64,000 nt of DNA. It comes from Candidatus Bathyarchaeota archaeon (lineage in GTDB: Archaea; Thermoproteota; Bathyarchaeia; Bathyarchaeales; Bathycorpusculaceae). The position numbers and the translations under genes are program-made. The stretch lies in assembly GCA_963832745.1 (NCBI GenBank), contig CAWHVC010000001.1:512001-576000 (forward strand), in the 5' to 3' direction. Below are positions 11,201 to 21,063 of this stretch, piece by piece. The notes beneath the pieces are model-generated. The model was not told the DNA's origin. It ran no database searches and saw only the letters and a list, made by a program, of their open reading frames with translations. How positions within the stretch are numbered: position 1 is the stretch's first letter; the number at the start of each line of letters is the position of its first letter.

Positions 11201-11295
11201 AAGTTTACCTGCACAGCAACCGCAGCGAAGTTGAAGATACTGAATGGCATGAATCTGAGTTAGATGGCAAAAAAATCTACATCAACATCCACTAA
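8254..11295 (+). CDS. ileS: Isoleucyl-tRNA synthetase
   Basis: EGPPTLNG..HIGH, GWDCQGLPVE, WTTMPFT, WCISRERIWG, EGIDQTRGW, KMSKS. Confidence 0.98.
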   Translation: MTSSTEQADSNQSLPTNYTPLELEKQIREYWTKNLIREKLEQLRDSPAIKGNLGYVEGPPTLNGIPHIGHARGRIMKDIRYRWKTMEGYYMPFWAGWDCQGLPVELEVEKLLGVRNKREMLERVGMERFIAECKKAIMRYHEMWLNADSLLGIAINQDKAYWTYKDEYIEREWQILKCAWDQGLLEEGHYVVAYCPGCQTSLSSAEVGYEGSYKEVEDPSFYFKFKVTGTENEYFLVWTTMPFTIITDTMLAVQPNAEYVKVQVNSETWIMVKQRVEPVMTELEIKNYQILETVTGRSLEGTAYDYPLKDIIPKQAENETKHPLVHKVIGEDFVDVDTATGVVHLSPGNGEDDFWAANRRGVPIYAPYDDDVKFTKDAGLFVGIFARDADMPVVEELRNRNAFVALKKTKHEYPTCWRSHHKIVWLARKEYFLRTDKINAKVLEAAQKVSYFYEEPKNRFFAFLREGKPWCISRERIWGTPLPMWTCQACGNKRLVASKKELIELSQEPIPDDFELHKPWVDRVTIKCSNCGGVMKREDFVLDTWHNSGASPYARFTDEEIEKFIPADFLTEGIDQTRGWANSLLLENVIRTGKAEAPYKSFLFQGLTQDAKGRKMSKSLGNTVETAKMLEKTSADLCRFYMMRKCSPIDFMNFDLQELSRRSYQVLSTLYHLSRFFLQNAEFDEFNPATYSMDWAIKNGKLQPADKWMLSKMQEKIQQYTENLGKCEFNAAVALLDDFVIETLSRLYVPMIRKELWTDEPETLERRQTIYALLHHTLKTVTLLFNPVTPYLTEALYQKVYRKLEPNLPESVNFEKWPLVNEALRDKTLEEEFDTMLKAVSISYAARQQGKLKRRWPLAKAIAVAPQKTLDALKHLEPILLDLTNVKSAEYSIAVPEYVGGENWVSAQENDLTIFISGQRDETLLGEGIMRDLARRVQALRKEIGFTPTDVLVSAHIAELDAESMQLLKPYLEEMAGLIRTRKVYLHSNRSEVEDTEWHESELDGKKIYINIH

Positions 11296-11324
11296 TTTTT
11301 GTGTGGATGTTTTCTATTCTTTTA

Positions 11325-11447
11325 TTATTCAAAACTGTCTTTTTGAGGTAATGGTGATCTAATTACATCTTCTGGCTCCTGCTTTGGTGGGGTTGCCACT
11401 TTATTTTTCTTTTTCTCCTCCTCCCTTAAATTTATCCTATTGCTCAT
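11325..11447 (-). CDS. Small hypothetical protein (40 aa)
   Basis: MSNRINLREEEKKKNKVATPPKQEPEDVIRSPLPQKDSFE preceded by a strong GGAGGTGA Shine-Dalgarno. Confidence 0.5.
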   Translation of the reverse strand: MSNRINLREEEKKKNKVATPPKQEPEDVIRSPLPQKDSFE

Positions 11448-11628
11448 TTTTTCACCTCCAAACTTAGAATTGCGATGGTGAAACCTGTAAGATTGAATCG
11501 TGGACCTTCTGCTTGTTCATTTAAGACTGTTGTTAAAATTTACATTTTTGTTGTAGCGCCTTAACTACTACACCAGACGTGAAAGTTGATAGAAAAACTA
11601 ATAGCCTACAGCCTAAAGTAAACATGAT

Positions 11629-11808
11629 ATGAACACCGACGAAAATAACTTGCCATACCTCAAATGCCCCCATTGTGCATGCATATTTTTCACGCAAGCT
11701 GACCTTGATGTGCATCTCAAACGTTTCGGCGACAATGCAGCCCAGCATTTGGATGATTACAAGAGAACTCACGCCCGAATCGAGCACGGGTACGGCAGCG
11801 ACGAATAA
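11629..11808 (+). CDS. Small C2H2-like zinc-finger protein (59 aa)
   Basis: MNTDENNLPYLKCPHCACIFFTQADLDVHLKRF..: CxxC-x3-F-x5-L-x2-H pattern; below the ORF-track cutoff. Confidence 0.7.
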   Translation: MNTDENNLPYLKCPHCACIFFTQADLDVHLKRFGDNAAQHLDDYKRTHARIEHGYGSDE

Positions 11809-11814
11809 GCACTG

Positions 11815-11878
11815 TTTTCAACATGTTAATGATTGGCTTTAAGCTAATATGGACTTACCCTCCTATATGGGGTAGGTC
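11815..11878 (+). repeat. Dispersed intergenic repeat, copy A
   Basis: TTTTCAACATGTTAATG end motif plus GACTTACCC/GGGTAGGTC hairpin; similar to the copies at 25632, 36111, 52259 and 53981. Confidence 0.6.
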
Positions 11879-12007
11879 TTAAGGGCACTTTCTTAATTCA
11901 TAAACATCCTGAAATTCAGGTTTTAACGGGTTGAAGCGGCATTCTGTGTTTCAAAGCTTAAATTTGGGGACACTTATTTTGGTTGCAGATTAAAGAGGAA
12001 AACATCT

Positions 12008-12922
12008 TTGGCTAACGAAAAAATTCAAGCAGGCGACTTCGCATTAATTTACCTTGACGCCCGCAGAACTTACATGTTAAAAGTTGAAGCAGGACAAACC
12101 TTCCACACTCATAAGGGATTTATAAAGTTTGATGAGCTTATCGGTAAAGAGTTTGGCGAACCAATCAAAAGCAGCCTAGGCGTAATTTTTACGACCCTTA
12201 AGCCGCAGTTAACCGATTATATTATGAAGAGCAGCCGCAACACACAAATTGTGTATCCTAAAGACGCAGCGGCAATAGTAATGTTTAGCGGAATCGGTCC
12301 AGGCAGTCGCGTTGTCGAATCTGGCACAGGAACCGCCAGCTTAACCACCGCTCTTGCCCATTATGTAGGTCCAACAGGAAAAGTTTACACTTACGAATTG
12401 CGAAACGAGTTCCAGAAGAACGCTGCTAAAAACCTGCAACGCTCAAAACTCATTGACCGTGTAGAAATGAAAAGCGGCGACGTAACTCTTGGCATCGAAG
12501 AACGCGATGTCGACGCAGTCATATTGGACTTGGCAACACCGTGGCTTGTTGTACCACACGCTTATGAAGCTTTGAAGCCGTCGGGAACGCTGGTTTCTTT
12601 TAGCCCAACAATTGACCAAGTCGTAAAAACCACCGAAGCACTAAGAGACAACAATTTCGTTTTCATAGAAACCATTGAACTCATGATGCGCGCAATGCAG
12701 GTTGAACGAGGAAAAACACGACCGCAAACTCTAATGACAGGGCACACAGGCTACATTACACATGCAAGAAAAATTTTAAAACCGAATTTCCCAGAGCCAT
12801 CACAAGTGTCATCGTTGATTCAGGAAACTATGCCTGAAGTCACCGTTGAAGAAACAGATTTTGCAGCGCAAGAAAATTCAGAGCAAGGAAATAATGAAGA
12901 AATGACAGAAGAGTCTGTCTAA
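12008..12922 (+). CDS. trmI: tRNA (adenine-N1)-methyltransferase
   Basis: FHTHKG, TQIVYPKDAA, VVESGTGTASLT, ILDLATPW, TRP..MTGHTGY. Confidence 0.95.
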   Translation: MANEKIQAGDFALIYLDARRTYMLKVEAGQTFHTHKGFIKFDELIGKEFGEPIKSSLGVIFTTLKPQLTDYIMKSSRNTQIVYPKDAAAIVMFSGIGPGSRVVESGTGTASLTTALAHYVGPTGKVYTYELRNEFQKNAAKNLQRSKLIDRVEMKSGDVTLGIEERDVDAVILDLATPWLVVPHAYEALKPSGTLVSFSPTIDQVVKTTEALRDNNFVFIETIELMMRAMQVERGKTRPQTLMTGHTGYITHARKILKPNFPEPSQVSSLIQETMPEVTVEETDFAAQENSEQGNNEEMTEESV

Positions 12923-14580
12923 TCTTCCGCTTTTATTTTTCCTTTTACTTTTCGACCATTATCGGGCATTGGCATGCTTAACTGGTAAACTGCTTGCTTG
13001 AATTGCTCACCGTTTTCGCGTCTTGTTAACCCGTAATAGGCACCCAATATTCTGCCGAAATAGGGGATAAGCACGCGGTCGAAGGTTCTGTACAGGAATG
13101 GGTTTGGAATTCTGTTTTCAAGGAAAGTTGATTTCCAGATTTTAATGTTGTACTCCCAGCATTTGATGAAGAAGTCCCAGCGCGCTTTAGAAAGCGAATC
13201 CATTTCGGCACCCTTCTTGTTCATCAACACACAGTTTTCCAGTGGCACAAAGAAGAGTGGCACATAAAAAGCGTTGTAGTCTTTAAGGTCATCCATCAAC
13301 TCGAGCGTTTGCAGTATGTCTTCCTCTTTCTCATCAGGTAAACCAATAATGAGCGTTGCAAGCGGGTACCAGTCATTATCGTTTAGGATACCAAAAGCGT
13401 TGGTGACTACTTCTGGCCATTGTTCAGGTTGGAAAGGTAACATTTTGCCACCCATGTACTTTTTCATGAGACGTGGACTACCGGTTTCGACGCCTGTTTC
13501 AGCGGTGATTATTGGTTTACCGCCGAAAGAGTACCAGCTTTTCTCAATCAGGATTTCTGCCAGTTCGCTAATCATTTGTGGGTCATGATAAACGGGAGCT
13601 AGGGACATGTGGGCGGCTTGGATACTTTTTACGCCGGGATGGTCTGCGACGCTTTTGCAAAGTTTTACTATCGCTTCCCGGTTAGGAATGAACCGGGGGT
13701 CCTTTTGACCGTAAAGAAACAGATCTTCAGTGATTAACGTGATGTGATCGCTACCCTGCTGGGTACTTAATGCGACTTCTCTCATGATTTTTTCAAGCGG
13801 CACATCGATTTTGTGCTGCATTGTGGGTGTGCAGAATTGGCAGTTTCTTCCACAGCCTTTGGAGATTTCAACCGCTCCATGAATGGCAACATGTTCAGTG
13901 ATTGGCATTTCTTTGTTATAATTCCAGTTATCTAATGACTCATCAGCTTTAGCGATACGGGGAATCGGTTCATCGTTCACAGCTTTCTTGAAAAGCTCAA
14001 CAATAGGTGCAGGCCTTCCACCCATAAGCACGCAATCTACACCATAACTTTCAGAGACTTTTTGGCGTTCAAGCTGCCATGAACCGTAGCCGCCAACGAT
14101 GATTTTTGGCTTATACTTTTTAATGGCTGGGTGCATGACGAGTTTACGAAATTCAATGCGGTTCATCGGTTCGCCGCCGCCTACAATTGAACTGTATGTT
14201 TTGCTGACATAACCCATGCCTGTGGGGTCCATGGATGAAATTCCAAGAACTTTCGTGTTAGGGCCAACAAATAAATCTAGGTCTTCAGGGTAAACGACGG
14301 CTATGTCTTCTCTGGCGAATCCGCCTTCAAGTAGAATAGATTCTACTTTACGTAACCCGTATGGAGCATAGCTTGCTTGACCATCGGCTTTTTTGGGTTT
14401 ATGTGGGTAAAGTGTTTTTCGTACGTATGAAAGGGGGATGGGGCCTTTTCCGAAGCCACCTACGAAGGCTATGAAAGGGTTGTTAAAGAAGTCGCTCATT
14501 TCGGTTGCTGATGCTGTGAGTACTATTTTGGTTCCTGAAACTGCTGCCAATCTCTCTCTTCCTTGAACAAAGGTACTCAT
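12919..14580 (-). CDS. B12-binding domain radical SAM protein
   Basis: EISKGCGRNCQFC (CxxxCxxC), GVETGSPRL, N-terminal APYGLRKVE/ISSMDP region. Confidence 0.9.
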   Translation of the reverse strand: MSTFVQGRERLAAVSGTKIVLTASATEMSDFFNNPFIAFVGGFGKGPIPLSYVRKTLYPHKPKKADGQASYAPYGLRKVESILLEGGFAREDIAVVYPEDLDLFVGPNTKVLGISSMDPTGMGYVSKTYSSIVGGGEPMNRIEFRKLVMHPAIKKYKPKIIVGGYGSWQLERQKVSESYGVDCVLMGGRPAPIVELFKKAVNDEPIPRIAKADESLDNWNYNKEMPITEHVAIHGAVEISKGCGRNCQFCTPTMQHKIDVPLEKIMREVALSTQQGSDHITLITEDLFLYGQKDPRFIPNREAIVKLCKSVADHPGVKSIQAAHMSLAPVYHDPQMISELAEILIEKSWYSFGGKPIITAETGVETGSPRLMKKYMGGKMLPFQPEQWPEVVTNAFGILNDNDWYPLATLIIGLPDEKEEDILQTLELMDDLKDYNAFYVPLFFVPLENCVLMNKKGAEMDSLSKARWDFFIKCWEYNIKIWKSTFLENRIPNPFLYRTFDRVLIPYFGRILGAYYGLTRRENGEQFKQAVYQLSMPMPDNGRKVKGKIKAED

Positions 14581-14706
14581 TTGTTTATAGCAGTATTAAA
14601 AATTACCGTTGGATGCACAATCCAATGTTGAAGGGAATTAATAGCTGAAGAAAAAATTTACATGTACAACTTGGCAACAAAAAAATTGACAAATGCAAAA
14701 GGCTGC

Positions 14707-15831
14707 TCAATTGGACTGCGGTTGGGTCGCAACGGGAAACTGGCCAACAGTTTGGCCTGTAACAGCTGGTTTAATCATGGGTAACTTCAGCAATGATTGA
14801 TTTTTAAGAAAAGATTTTGCGCCCATCCACTGTACAAGCGGATAACCCACAATTATTTGGCTCCAAAAAGTCAGCAATCTTGACAATGTTGTAACTGCTC
14901 CTGCAACCGCCAAAGGAACACCATACATGGAAAACATGCTTACCATAGTTACTTCTACGGCGCCAACAGGGAACCCGGCAGTCACAGTTTCAACCGTAGT
15001 AATAATGCAGTACACTGTGGCTAAATCAAGAAGCGAAATCGCTGTAAAGTCTAAAGCGTAGAAAATCATTAAGTAAACAGTCAAGTTAAACAGCCACGCT
15101 GCAACCGCAAAAATGGCTGGTTTAATGAGGCTCCGTGGGTAAGCTTTGAAAGTTTTGAAAGACTCACTAAAAGACGATAAACCACCGTAGAGTTTTTCTT
15201 GCAAGCTTCGTTGCTTTTCAGGTTTTTTGATAACCCATTTTACAATCCACATAATTCCATTAACGACTTTGTTCACGGCGCCATCTTTTAAAGCAACAAA
15301 TAAAACCACGCCAACCATAGCAGCCGTGCCCAGCATAACCAAAACGATAGGCGTAATTAAGTAAACAGGCAACTGATGGGATACAAGCAGAATAACGCAG
15401 CCTACAAGCAAGCCGCCGGAGTACACAAAAGTGCTGATTAACCGTGAACCAATTACGCTGGCAGCCGATTTACCTGTATCGTTTTTCGTTTCTTTTTGAG
15501 CTAAAGCTATGCGTGCGACTTCTCCGCCAACAGTGGCGCCTGGAAGGATTAGTTCTACAAAGTTGCCTATCCAATTGTATAGTACTATTTTTCTTGCTTT
15601 AACTTTGACTTTTAGTGAGTCAAGTAAGCTATGCCAAATCATGGAGTCAAAAAAGATGCCTAAGAATAGGGCGACGATTGCTAAACCAAAGAATAGTGTG
15701 TATTGGTAAACGTTTAGTCTGCTTAGCAGTGTGAATAGGCCGTCGAAGCCGACAAAGAACCATAAGTATAGGATGAATGCGGCTAAGCCTAATGTCATGA
15801 ATATGAGGGTTTTGCGTCCGCCTAAAAGCAT
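14707..15831 (-). CDS. Lysylphosphatidylglycerol synthase TM / flippase-like membrane protein
   Basis: GNFVELILPGATVGGEVAR, GAVE, SRLLTFW motifs; multiple TM helices. Confidence 0.85.
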   Translation of the reverse strand: MLLGGRKTLIFMTLGLAAFILYLWFFVGFDGLFTLLSRLNVYQYTLFFGLAIVALFLGIFFDSMIWHSLLDSLKVKVKARKIVLYNWIGNFVELILPGATVGGEVARIALAQKETKNDTGKSAASVIGSRLISTFVYSGGLLVGCVILLVSHQLPVYLITPIVLVMLGTAAMVGVVLFVALKDGAVNKVVNGIMWIVKWVIKKPEKQRSLQEKLYGGLSSFSESFKTFKAYPRSLIKPAIFAVAAWLFNLTVYLMIFYALDFTAISLLDLATVYCIITTVETVTAGFPVGAVEVTMVSMFSMYGVPLAVAGAVTTLSRLLTFWSQIIVGYPLVQWMGAKSFLKNQSLLKLPMIKPAVTGQTVGQFPVATQPQSN

Positions 15832-16071
15832 ACAATGTCTCCGTTGGTAAAGTTGTTTTTACGCATTAAACAATTAAACGTTTCAAGCATGCAGTTGATT
15901 GCACATTTAGATGTAGATTTAGCAATTAAATGCTTAAACGAGCTGTAAATGGCCTTTTTTACCGTTTTCATTACTGATTTTGGGGTTTCATCAAATATTA
16001 ATTAAACGGTTCAAAAAAACTAAAAACACCTGAATAACGATAAACAAACAGGGACACAGAAAGAGTTTTTG

Positions 16072-16317
16072 TCAAATTTTAGCTATCAACGACAAAGCTG
16101 CAATAACCAGAAAAGCTACACCCGTCCAGAATAGATCGCCACCTGTCAAGAAATATACAATAACTGCGATAATCACTGCGGGAAGAAACACAATAAAAAG
16201 TCGGATAGCCGCAATTATGATTATGCCGATAATGACTAAAACTATAAGCAATGCTAAATCAAAAGCAAAAGCGCCCAGAAGGTAGGGCAAAAAACCAAGA
16301 AAACTGACAGCGTTCAA
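16072..16317 (-). CDS. Small hydrophobic membrane protein
   Basis: 81 aa, about 3 TM segments, GAGG upstream. Confidence 0.65.
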   Translation of the reverse strand: MNAVSFLGFLPYLLGAFAFDLALLIVLVIIGIIIIAAIRLFIVFLPAVIIAVIVYFLTGGDLFWTGVAFLVIAALSLIAKI

Positions 16318-16375
16318 TTAAAAGAGCCTCTATAAAAAGGGGGGCAAACGAAGTAAAAAACGTTACTAAAAAGGG

Positions 16376-16885
16376 TTAAACGTTAATTTTACCCCTAACC
16401 CTTGGAATAACATCTCGCTGAGTAACCAAAACTCCAAAAGTGGTAACCTTGAAACGGTCATCACCCGTTTTTGCTGCGCATTCATTTTTGATTAATTCGC
16501 CTAGGCGAGTACTCGTTATTTTGCCAGTTTTGCCCAGTTTAGTTTGCAATTCTTCTTTTGACAAGGACTCGGTCTTGAGTAAACCAAGTTTGCTGCCAAG
16601 ATACTGAGCAGAAAGCCACAGCGAAAGCGCCTCGTTGTCAGTAAGCTTAGTTTTGGGCACCAACAGGTTTGCGCCTTCAGGCGAAAAAGCGATTATACCT
16701 TCTAAGTCTTTGGCAAGCTGCTGCAAATCAACGTTTAAGGTGAGTCTTTGGGCAATCTCAAACGCCGGCAAATATTCACGGAAGAATTGGTCAAGCAGTT
16801 CCCAAGTTTCCTGAAGAGTTGCCGTGAAATCCTTTTCCAACTCTTTATATTTCAGGTGAACGTCAACCTTGTCGGGCGTGTTCAA
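16376..16885 (-). CDS. Hypothetical protein with probable C-terminal winged helix
   Basis: LSKEELQTKLG..STRLGELIK..FKVTTFG; overlaps upstream ORF. Confidence 0.75.
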   Translation of the reverse strand: MNTPDKVDVHLKYKELEKDFTATLQETWELLDQFFREYLPAFEIAQRLTLNVDLQQLAKDLEGIIAFSPEGANLLVPKTKLTDNEALSLWLSAQYLGSKLGLLKTESLSKEELQTKLGKTGKITSTRLGELIKNECAAKTGDDRFKVTTFGVLVTQRDVIPRVRGKINV

Positions 16886-17352
16886 CTCATTTTTCCTCTA
16901 ATCTTCGTTAAAACCTCATCCTCAACCCATTTCTCCCCCTGAATAGTCAACTTAAACTCAGGTTTACTTGGGTCAGGCTTGAAAACTTGGCCACGTTTTG
17001 TCATTTCATTTAGACGTGCAGGAACCATGCTTTTGATGCCGCTGGATTCAAGCAGTTTCTGTATTTGTGCTGCCGTGTTTTTGCGTTCATCTGAAGCATA
17101 AAGAACCAAGCCGACGGCTTCATAATGGGTTAGGTTTTCGCGGGTCACGATGACTGGGCCTTCAGTGGTAGGTTCAACGATGCCTTTTAGTTGGGCTCCT
17201 GAAGGTGTTAAACGGTTAGAAACGAAATCGGACAGTTTCTCCACAAAGTTTTCTGGGACAGACTCCAGCATGTTCAAGATTTCCTGTGGACTATCAGCTT
17301 CAATGACTACTTCGCCAAAAGGCGTTTTTATTCGTGCTTCAATACGCTTCAT
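16882..17352 (-). CDS. Hypothetical protein with probable C-terminal winged helix
   Basis: TAAQIQKLL..ARLNEMTKRGQV..FKLTIQGEKWVE. Confidence 0.75.
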   Translation of the reverse strand: MKRIEARIKTPFGEVVIEADSPQEILNMLESVPENFVEKLSDFVSNRLTPSGAQLKGIVEPTTEGPVIVTRENLTHYEAVGLVLYASDERKNTAAQIQKLLESSGIKSMVPARLNEMTKRGQVFKPDPSKPEFKLTIQGEKWVEDEVLTKIRGKMS

Positions 17353-17677
17353 ATGGATTCCTCAAATTAGCGGTAAAGGCAAAAGGTGCCTACACTATAA
17401 ACTTGTTAACGTATGCCTATATGCAACGATTAACCTTTTTAGGATTTGTGGCTCCTATCACTACTTAACTGTCAATTTTTGCTTCGGTTTGGGCTTGATT
17501 ATATGCTTTAGGATGCACGTTCGTTATGAGAAGGCTGCTTGATAGCAGTAAGATTATGAAAAATGAAGGATTTTAATCTGCAAATCGAGATACCTAAAAA
17601 AGAAAGGGAGTGGACAGGGTTAAAACGTTTACGCCTGTGCCTACTTAGATTACAATAATTGGGGGTGGGAGCAGTTT

Positions 17678-19579
17678 TTATGAAAGATGCCTCTTTAAGA
17701 TAACAGAAACCATGTCAGGGTTGGCTTTTCCACGGACTTCCTTCATTACAACCCCCATCAACATGCCAAATGCGCCTTTGCCATTCTTTTCAATGACGGG
17801 CTTATTGGCTGCGATTATGCGCTCAATGATTGCTTCAAGTTCCGCTTCCGTAAACATCTTCAAACCCAAAGCCGTAGACGCATCCTGAACGGTTTTACCT
17901 TCATTCATTGACAGCCAACTGAACACTTCCGCCGTCGCCTCTTTGGCAAGCGTTCCTGAACCTACAGCAACAAACAAGCCTTTGATTTGGGCTTCGCTGA
18001 CGTTTTCCACCGCGATACCTTCACGTTTGAGGGATTTGACGGTTTCAGTAAGAAACGCTGCAACAGTGGAGGCAGCAACACCAGTTTCTTTGACAATATC
18101 CTCAAACAGCATTGCATATTCGGAGTCAGAGATTTGTTTTGCAAGTTTCTCGTTTAACGTGTATTGCTTCATTAGGCGTGATAGTTTCTTTTCTGCGGGT
18201 TCGGGCAGGTTAGCACGGACATCTTCGACAAGTTGGGCAGTGATGGCTTGGGCTGGAATGTCGGTTTCGGGATACATTCTTGCTGCACCTGGACGTGGAC
18301 GCATGAAACGGCTTGTGCCATCATCTTTGGCGGTTCGAGTTTCTTGAGGAATACCTACGCAGGCTTGTTGTACTCGTTCTACTACTGCTTTGAGAGCATC
18401 TTGCGTGTTCTCTGCAGTATCAGCAACAAAAACAACTGCATCTGCTTCGTCAGCTTCAACTGCTTTGCGTAGTGCAGCAACTTCTTCAAGTGTTATTCCA
18501 TAGTTAGTGAGGACTTCGTCAGTGTGGAATATGCCACCGACTCTACCCCAGAATTTCGCGTAGTCAGATAATTCGCTGCCTAAACGGAAGTTAGGCATCA
18601 ACTCACGACCAGTCAAACCATTGAAATCTTGAAGTTTCACGGCTAAAACTTTATGGTGCTTATCGACTGCTTTGCGGATAACCTTACTTTTGCTGTTCTT
18701 GAAGATTTCAGTAACATCGACAAATTCTGCTTTTAACATTGCAGGTGTTATACCACGTTTGGCAAGTTCGTTTTTGATAGCAAGTAAGTTTTGTTGGCGC
18801 TGAACTTCGTAATCGATTACGGTAGCGATTAGTTCGAGTTCCTGAACACCTTTGATTTCGATTAACGCTCCGTTAGGGATTGAAACGTTTAGGTCTTGAC
18901 GGATAGTGCCTAAGCCGCGCATGACTTTGCCTGTGTCACGAAGGATTCTACCGATTGCAAATGCAACCTGTTGAGCCTCAAGGGGCGAATAGATCACTGG
19001 TGCAGTTGCAACTTCAATTAAGGGGATGCCGAGGCGGTCAACACGGTAACGGATGGTTTTGCCCTCGTCTTCCGTGCCTGTTTTACGTGCGGCATCTTCT
19101 TCCAAATAAGCGGCAAGCATAGGAATAGTTTTTTCGCCAACCTTGATCCAGCCGTCTAAAGCAATTAGGCTGGTCCGCTGGAAACCAGTTGTGTTTGATC
19201 CGTCGATAACGGTTTTACGCATAACTTGAATTTCATCAACTGGTTGCATATTCATCATCAAAGACGCGGTTAACACGACTTTAACGGCATCCAAATTCAG
19301 CGGATGGGGCGGTTCCTCATCCATTTCGACAAGACAAGCGCTTTTGTGGTTGGCTTCATAAAGAATTTTTACGCCTTTTTGGAATTCAAAGAATGCTGCG
19401 GGGTCTACCTGTCCAAGTTCGCTTTGGGTTGGGCGTAGACGGCGTAGGAAGGTGATTTCTGGTTCTTCTTTGAAAAGTTCAGGTGGACAACTACAGAACA
19501 GTTTTGAGCCAACGTTAAGTTGCTGGTGGATTTCTAACCCGACTTTTAAGCCGATTTTAGCGTAGTCTATGGTTGTCAT
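17678..19579 (-). CDS. gatE: Glu-tRNA(Gln) amidotransferase subunit E
   Basis: GLKVGLEIHQQL, RRLRPTQSELG, MRKTVIDGSNTTGFQRT, PRPGAARMYPETD; start trimmed to MTTIDY. Confidence 0.98.
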   Translation of the reverse strand: MTTIDYAKIGLKVGLEIHQQLNVGSKLFCSCPPELFKEEPEITFLRRLRPTQSELGQVDPAAFFEFQKGVKILYEANHKSACLVEMDEEPPHPLNLDAVKVVLTASLMMNMQPVDEIQVMRKTVIDGSNTTGFQRTSLIALDGWIKVGEKTIPMLAAYLEEDAARKTGTEDEGKTIRYRVDRLGIPLIEVATAPVIYSPLEAQQVAFAIGRILRDTGKVMRGLGTIRQDLNVSIPNGALIEIKGVQELELIATVIDYEVQRQQNLLAIKNELAKRGITPAMLKAEFVDVTEIFKNSKSKVIRKAVDKHHKVLAVKLQDFNGLTGRELMPNFRLGSELSDYAKFWGRVGGIFHTDEVLTNYGITLEEVAALRKAVEADEADAVVFVADTAENTQDALKAVVERVQQACVGIPQETRTAKDDGTSRFMRPRPGAARMYPETDIPAQAITAQLVEDVRANLPEPAEKKLSRLMKQYTLNEKLAKQISDSEYAMLFEDIVKETGVAASTVAAFLTETVKSLKREGIAVENVSEAQIKGLFVAVGSGTLAKEATAEVFSWLSMNEGKTVQDASTALGLKMFTEAELEAIIERIIAANKPVIEKNGKGAFGMLMGVVMKEVRGKANPDMVSVILKRHLS

Positions 19580-19580
19580 T

Positions 19581-20927
19581 TTATTGTGCTCCGTAAACGG
19601 TTTTTTCTTGAGGAAGTGTACGTGGCGCAAATTCGCCTGTAATGTTGGTTTTAAGTAGTCGTTTTGCTTCCTGGGGGTCGCTGGTTTGCCCTAAAACCCA
19701 CATTAATTTAACAAGCCCGGTTTCAGGGAACATGTCATCAAGTGGGATTACGCCGAAACTTTGTAGGTCGCGTCCTGTATCGTAAACGTTCATGTTAACC
19801 CTGCCCCAGATACATTGTGAGGCGAGGGCCACTACGACGCCTTTTGCAGTTGCATTTTTGATTACGTCAAAGCAAAACTTGCTAACGTGCCCTAGACCTG
19901 AGCCTTCAAGCAAAATACCTTTGAAGCCTTGTTTAACATAAAAGTCAATGACTGCTGGATCCATCCCTGGATAAAACTTTACGAGAGCCACTTTTTCGCA
20001 GAAATTTGGCTTCACAATCAACTGTTTTGTGGCGTCGCGGTGTTGGTATTCGCCGTTTTGCATTGTGACTTGTAGGTTTTGGATTTTTGCGATTGGGAAT
20101 CCGTTGATGGATTTGAATGTGTCTCGGCGGCTTGTGTGGCATTTGCGTACTTTAACGCCTCGGTGAACTACGATTGCGGCGTCTGAGATGGTTTCGTGCA
20201 TTGCTAAGGCTACTTCGGCAAAGGGTGCTTCACCTGCAGCTTTGACTGCGCCGATTAGGTTGGTTGCGGCGTCGCTGCTTGGGCGGTCAGATGAACGCTG
20301 GGCCCCGACAAGGATTACTGGAACAGGCAGATTCTGCAGGGCAAAACTGAGGGCTGCGGAAGTATACGCCATCGTGTCTGTGCCATGCGCGATGACTATG
20401 CCATCTACACCCTGCTTTATGCGTTCAGCAACCTTTTCCGCTAACTGAGTCCAATTTTTTGGTGTCAAGTTTTCGCTGTAAATGCTAAAAACGATTTCTG
20501 TGTCTACACGGGCGATTTCTGAAAGTTCAGGAACAACGCCATAGAGGTCGCTTGCGGACATGGCTGAACGGACTGCGCCTGTTCGGTAGTCCACTCGACT
20601 GGCGATGGTTCCACCGGTGCTCATGATGACCACGTGGGGCAAAGCGGGGTTTTGTTTGGGCAGCTGTGGAGCCGCAAACGTTGGTTTGGTGCCTACGCCA
20701 ACTTTTTCCAGTTTTACGTCTATTGTGGCGGTTATACCGATGTTGTAACCGCTTTTCATTTTTATGATAATGTTCGTGGCTTCTCCCAATTCGGAGCGTG
20801 GGATTAGTATGCCTTCGTAGGTTTTGCCTTTGCTGGTTATGCGGATGATGTCGCCAACTTCGCAGTCGGCGGCTTGAAGCAGGCTAAGTGCCATGCCTTT
20901 GTAACCTGAATTTTCCAGTTCACTCAT
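19581..20927 (-). CDS. gatD: Glu-tRNA(Gln) amidotransferase subunit D
   Basis: KMKSGYNIG, STGGTIASRVDYRTGAV, HGTDTM, QRSSDRPSSD; start trimmed to MSELE. Confidence 0.98.
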   Translation of the reverse strand: MSELENSGYKGMALSLLQAADCEVGDIIRITSKGKTYEGILIPRSELGEATNIIIKMKSGYNIGITATIDVKLEKVGVGTKPTFAAPQLPKQNPALPHVVIMSTGGTIASRVDYRTGAVRSAMSASDLYGVVPELSEIARVDTEIVFSIYSENLTPKNWTQLAEKVAERIKQGVDGIVIAHGTDTMAYTSAALSFALQNLPVPVILVGAQRSSDRPSSDAATNLIGAVKAAGEAPFAEVALAMHETISDAAIVVHRGVKVRKCHTSRRDTFKSINGFPIAKIQNLQVTMQNGEYQHRDATKQLIVKPNFCEKVALVKFYPGMDPAVIDFYVKQGFKGILLEGSGLGHVSKFCFDVIKNATAKGVVVALASQCIWGRVNMNVYDTGRDLQSFGVIPLDDMFPETGLVKLMWVLGQTSDPQEAKRLLKTNITGEFAPRTLPQEKTVYGAQ

Positions 20928-21063
20928 GCCTAAATCTCTTCTATCAAACAGTAAATTTCCCAACCGTCTTGAATCTAAAACGCGGGATTCTTGTGTTACC
21001 TAACACATTCAACAGTAAAAGCTTTTTTAAGCCAACCTAAGCAAAAAATTGGGTAAGTGAGAG

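Noticed and set aside
11476-11514. tRNA 3'-half-like string on the minus strand (AAGCAGAAGGTC..TTCAAT..CACCA)
   Set aside because: The T-stem does not pair and no 5' half is present; too degenerate to call a tRNA or att remnant.
11533-11787. Minus-strand 84-aa ORF
   Set aside because: Antisense to the more convincing C2H2-like ORF at 11629-11808.
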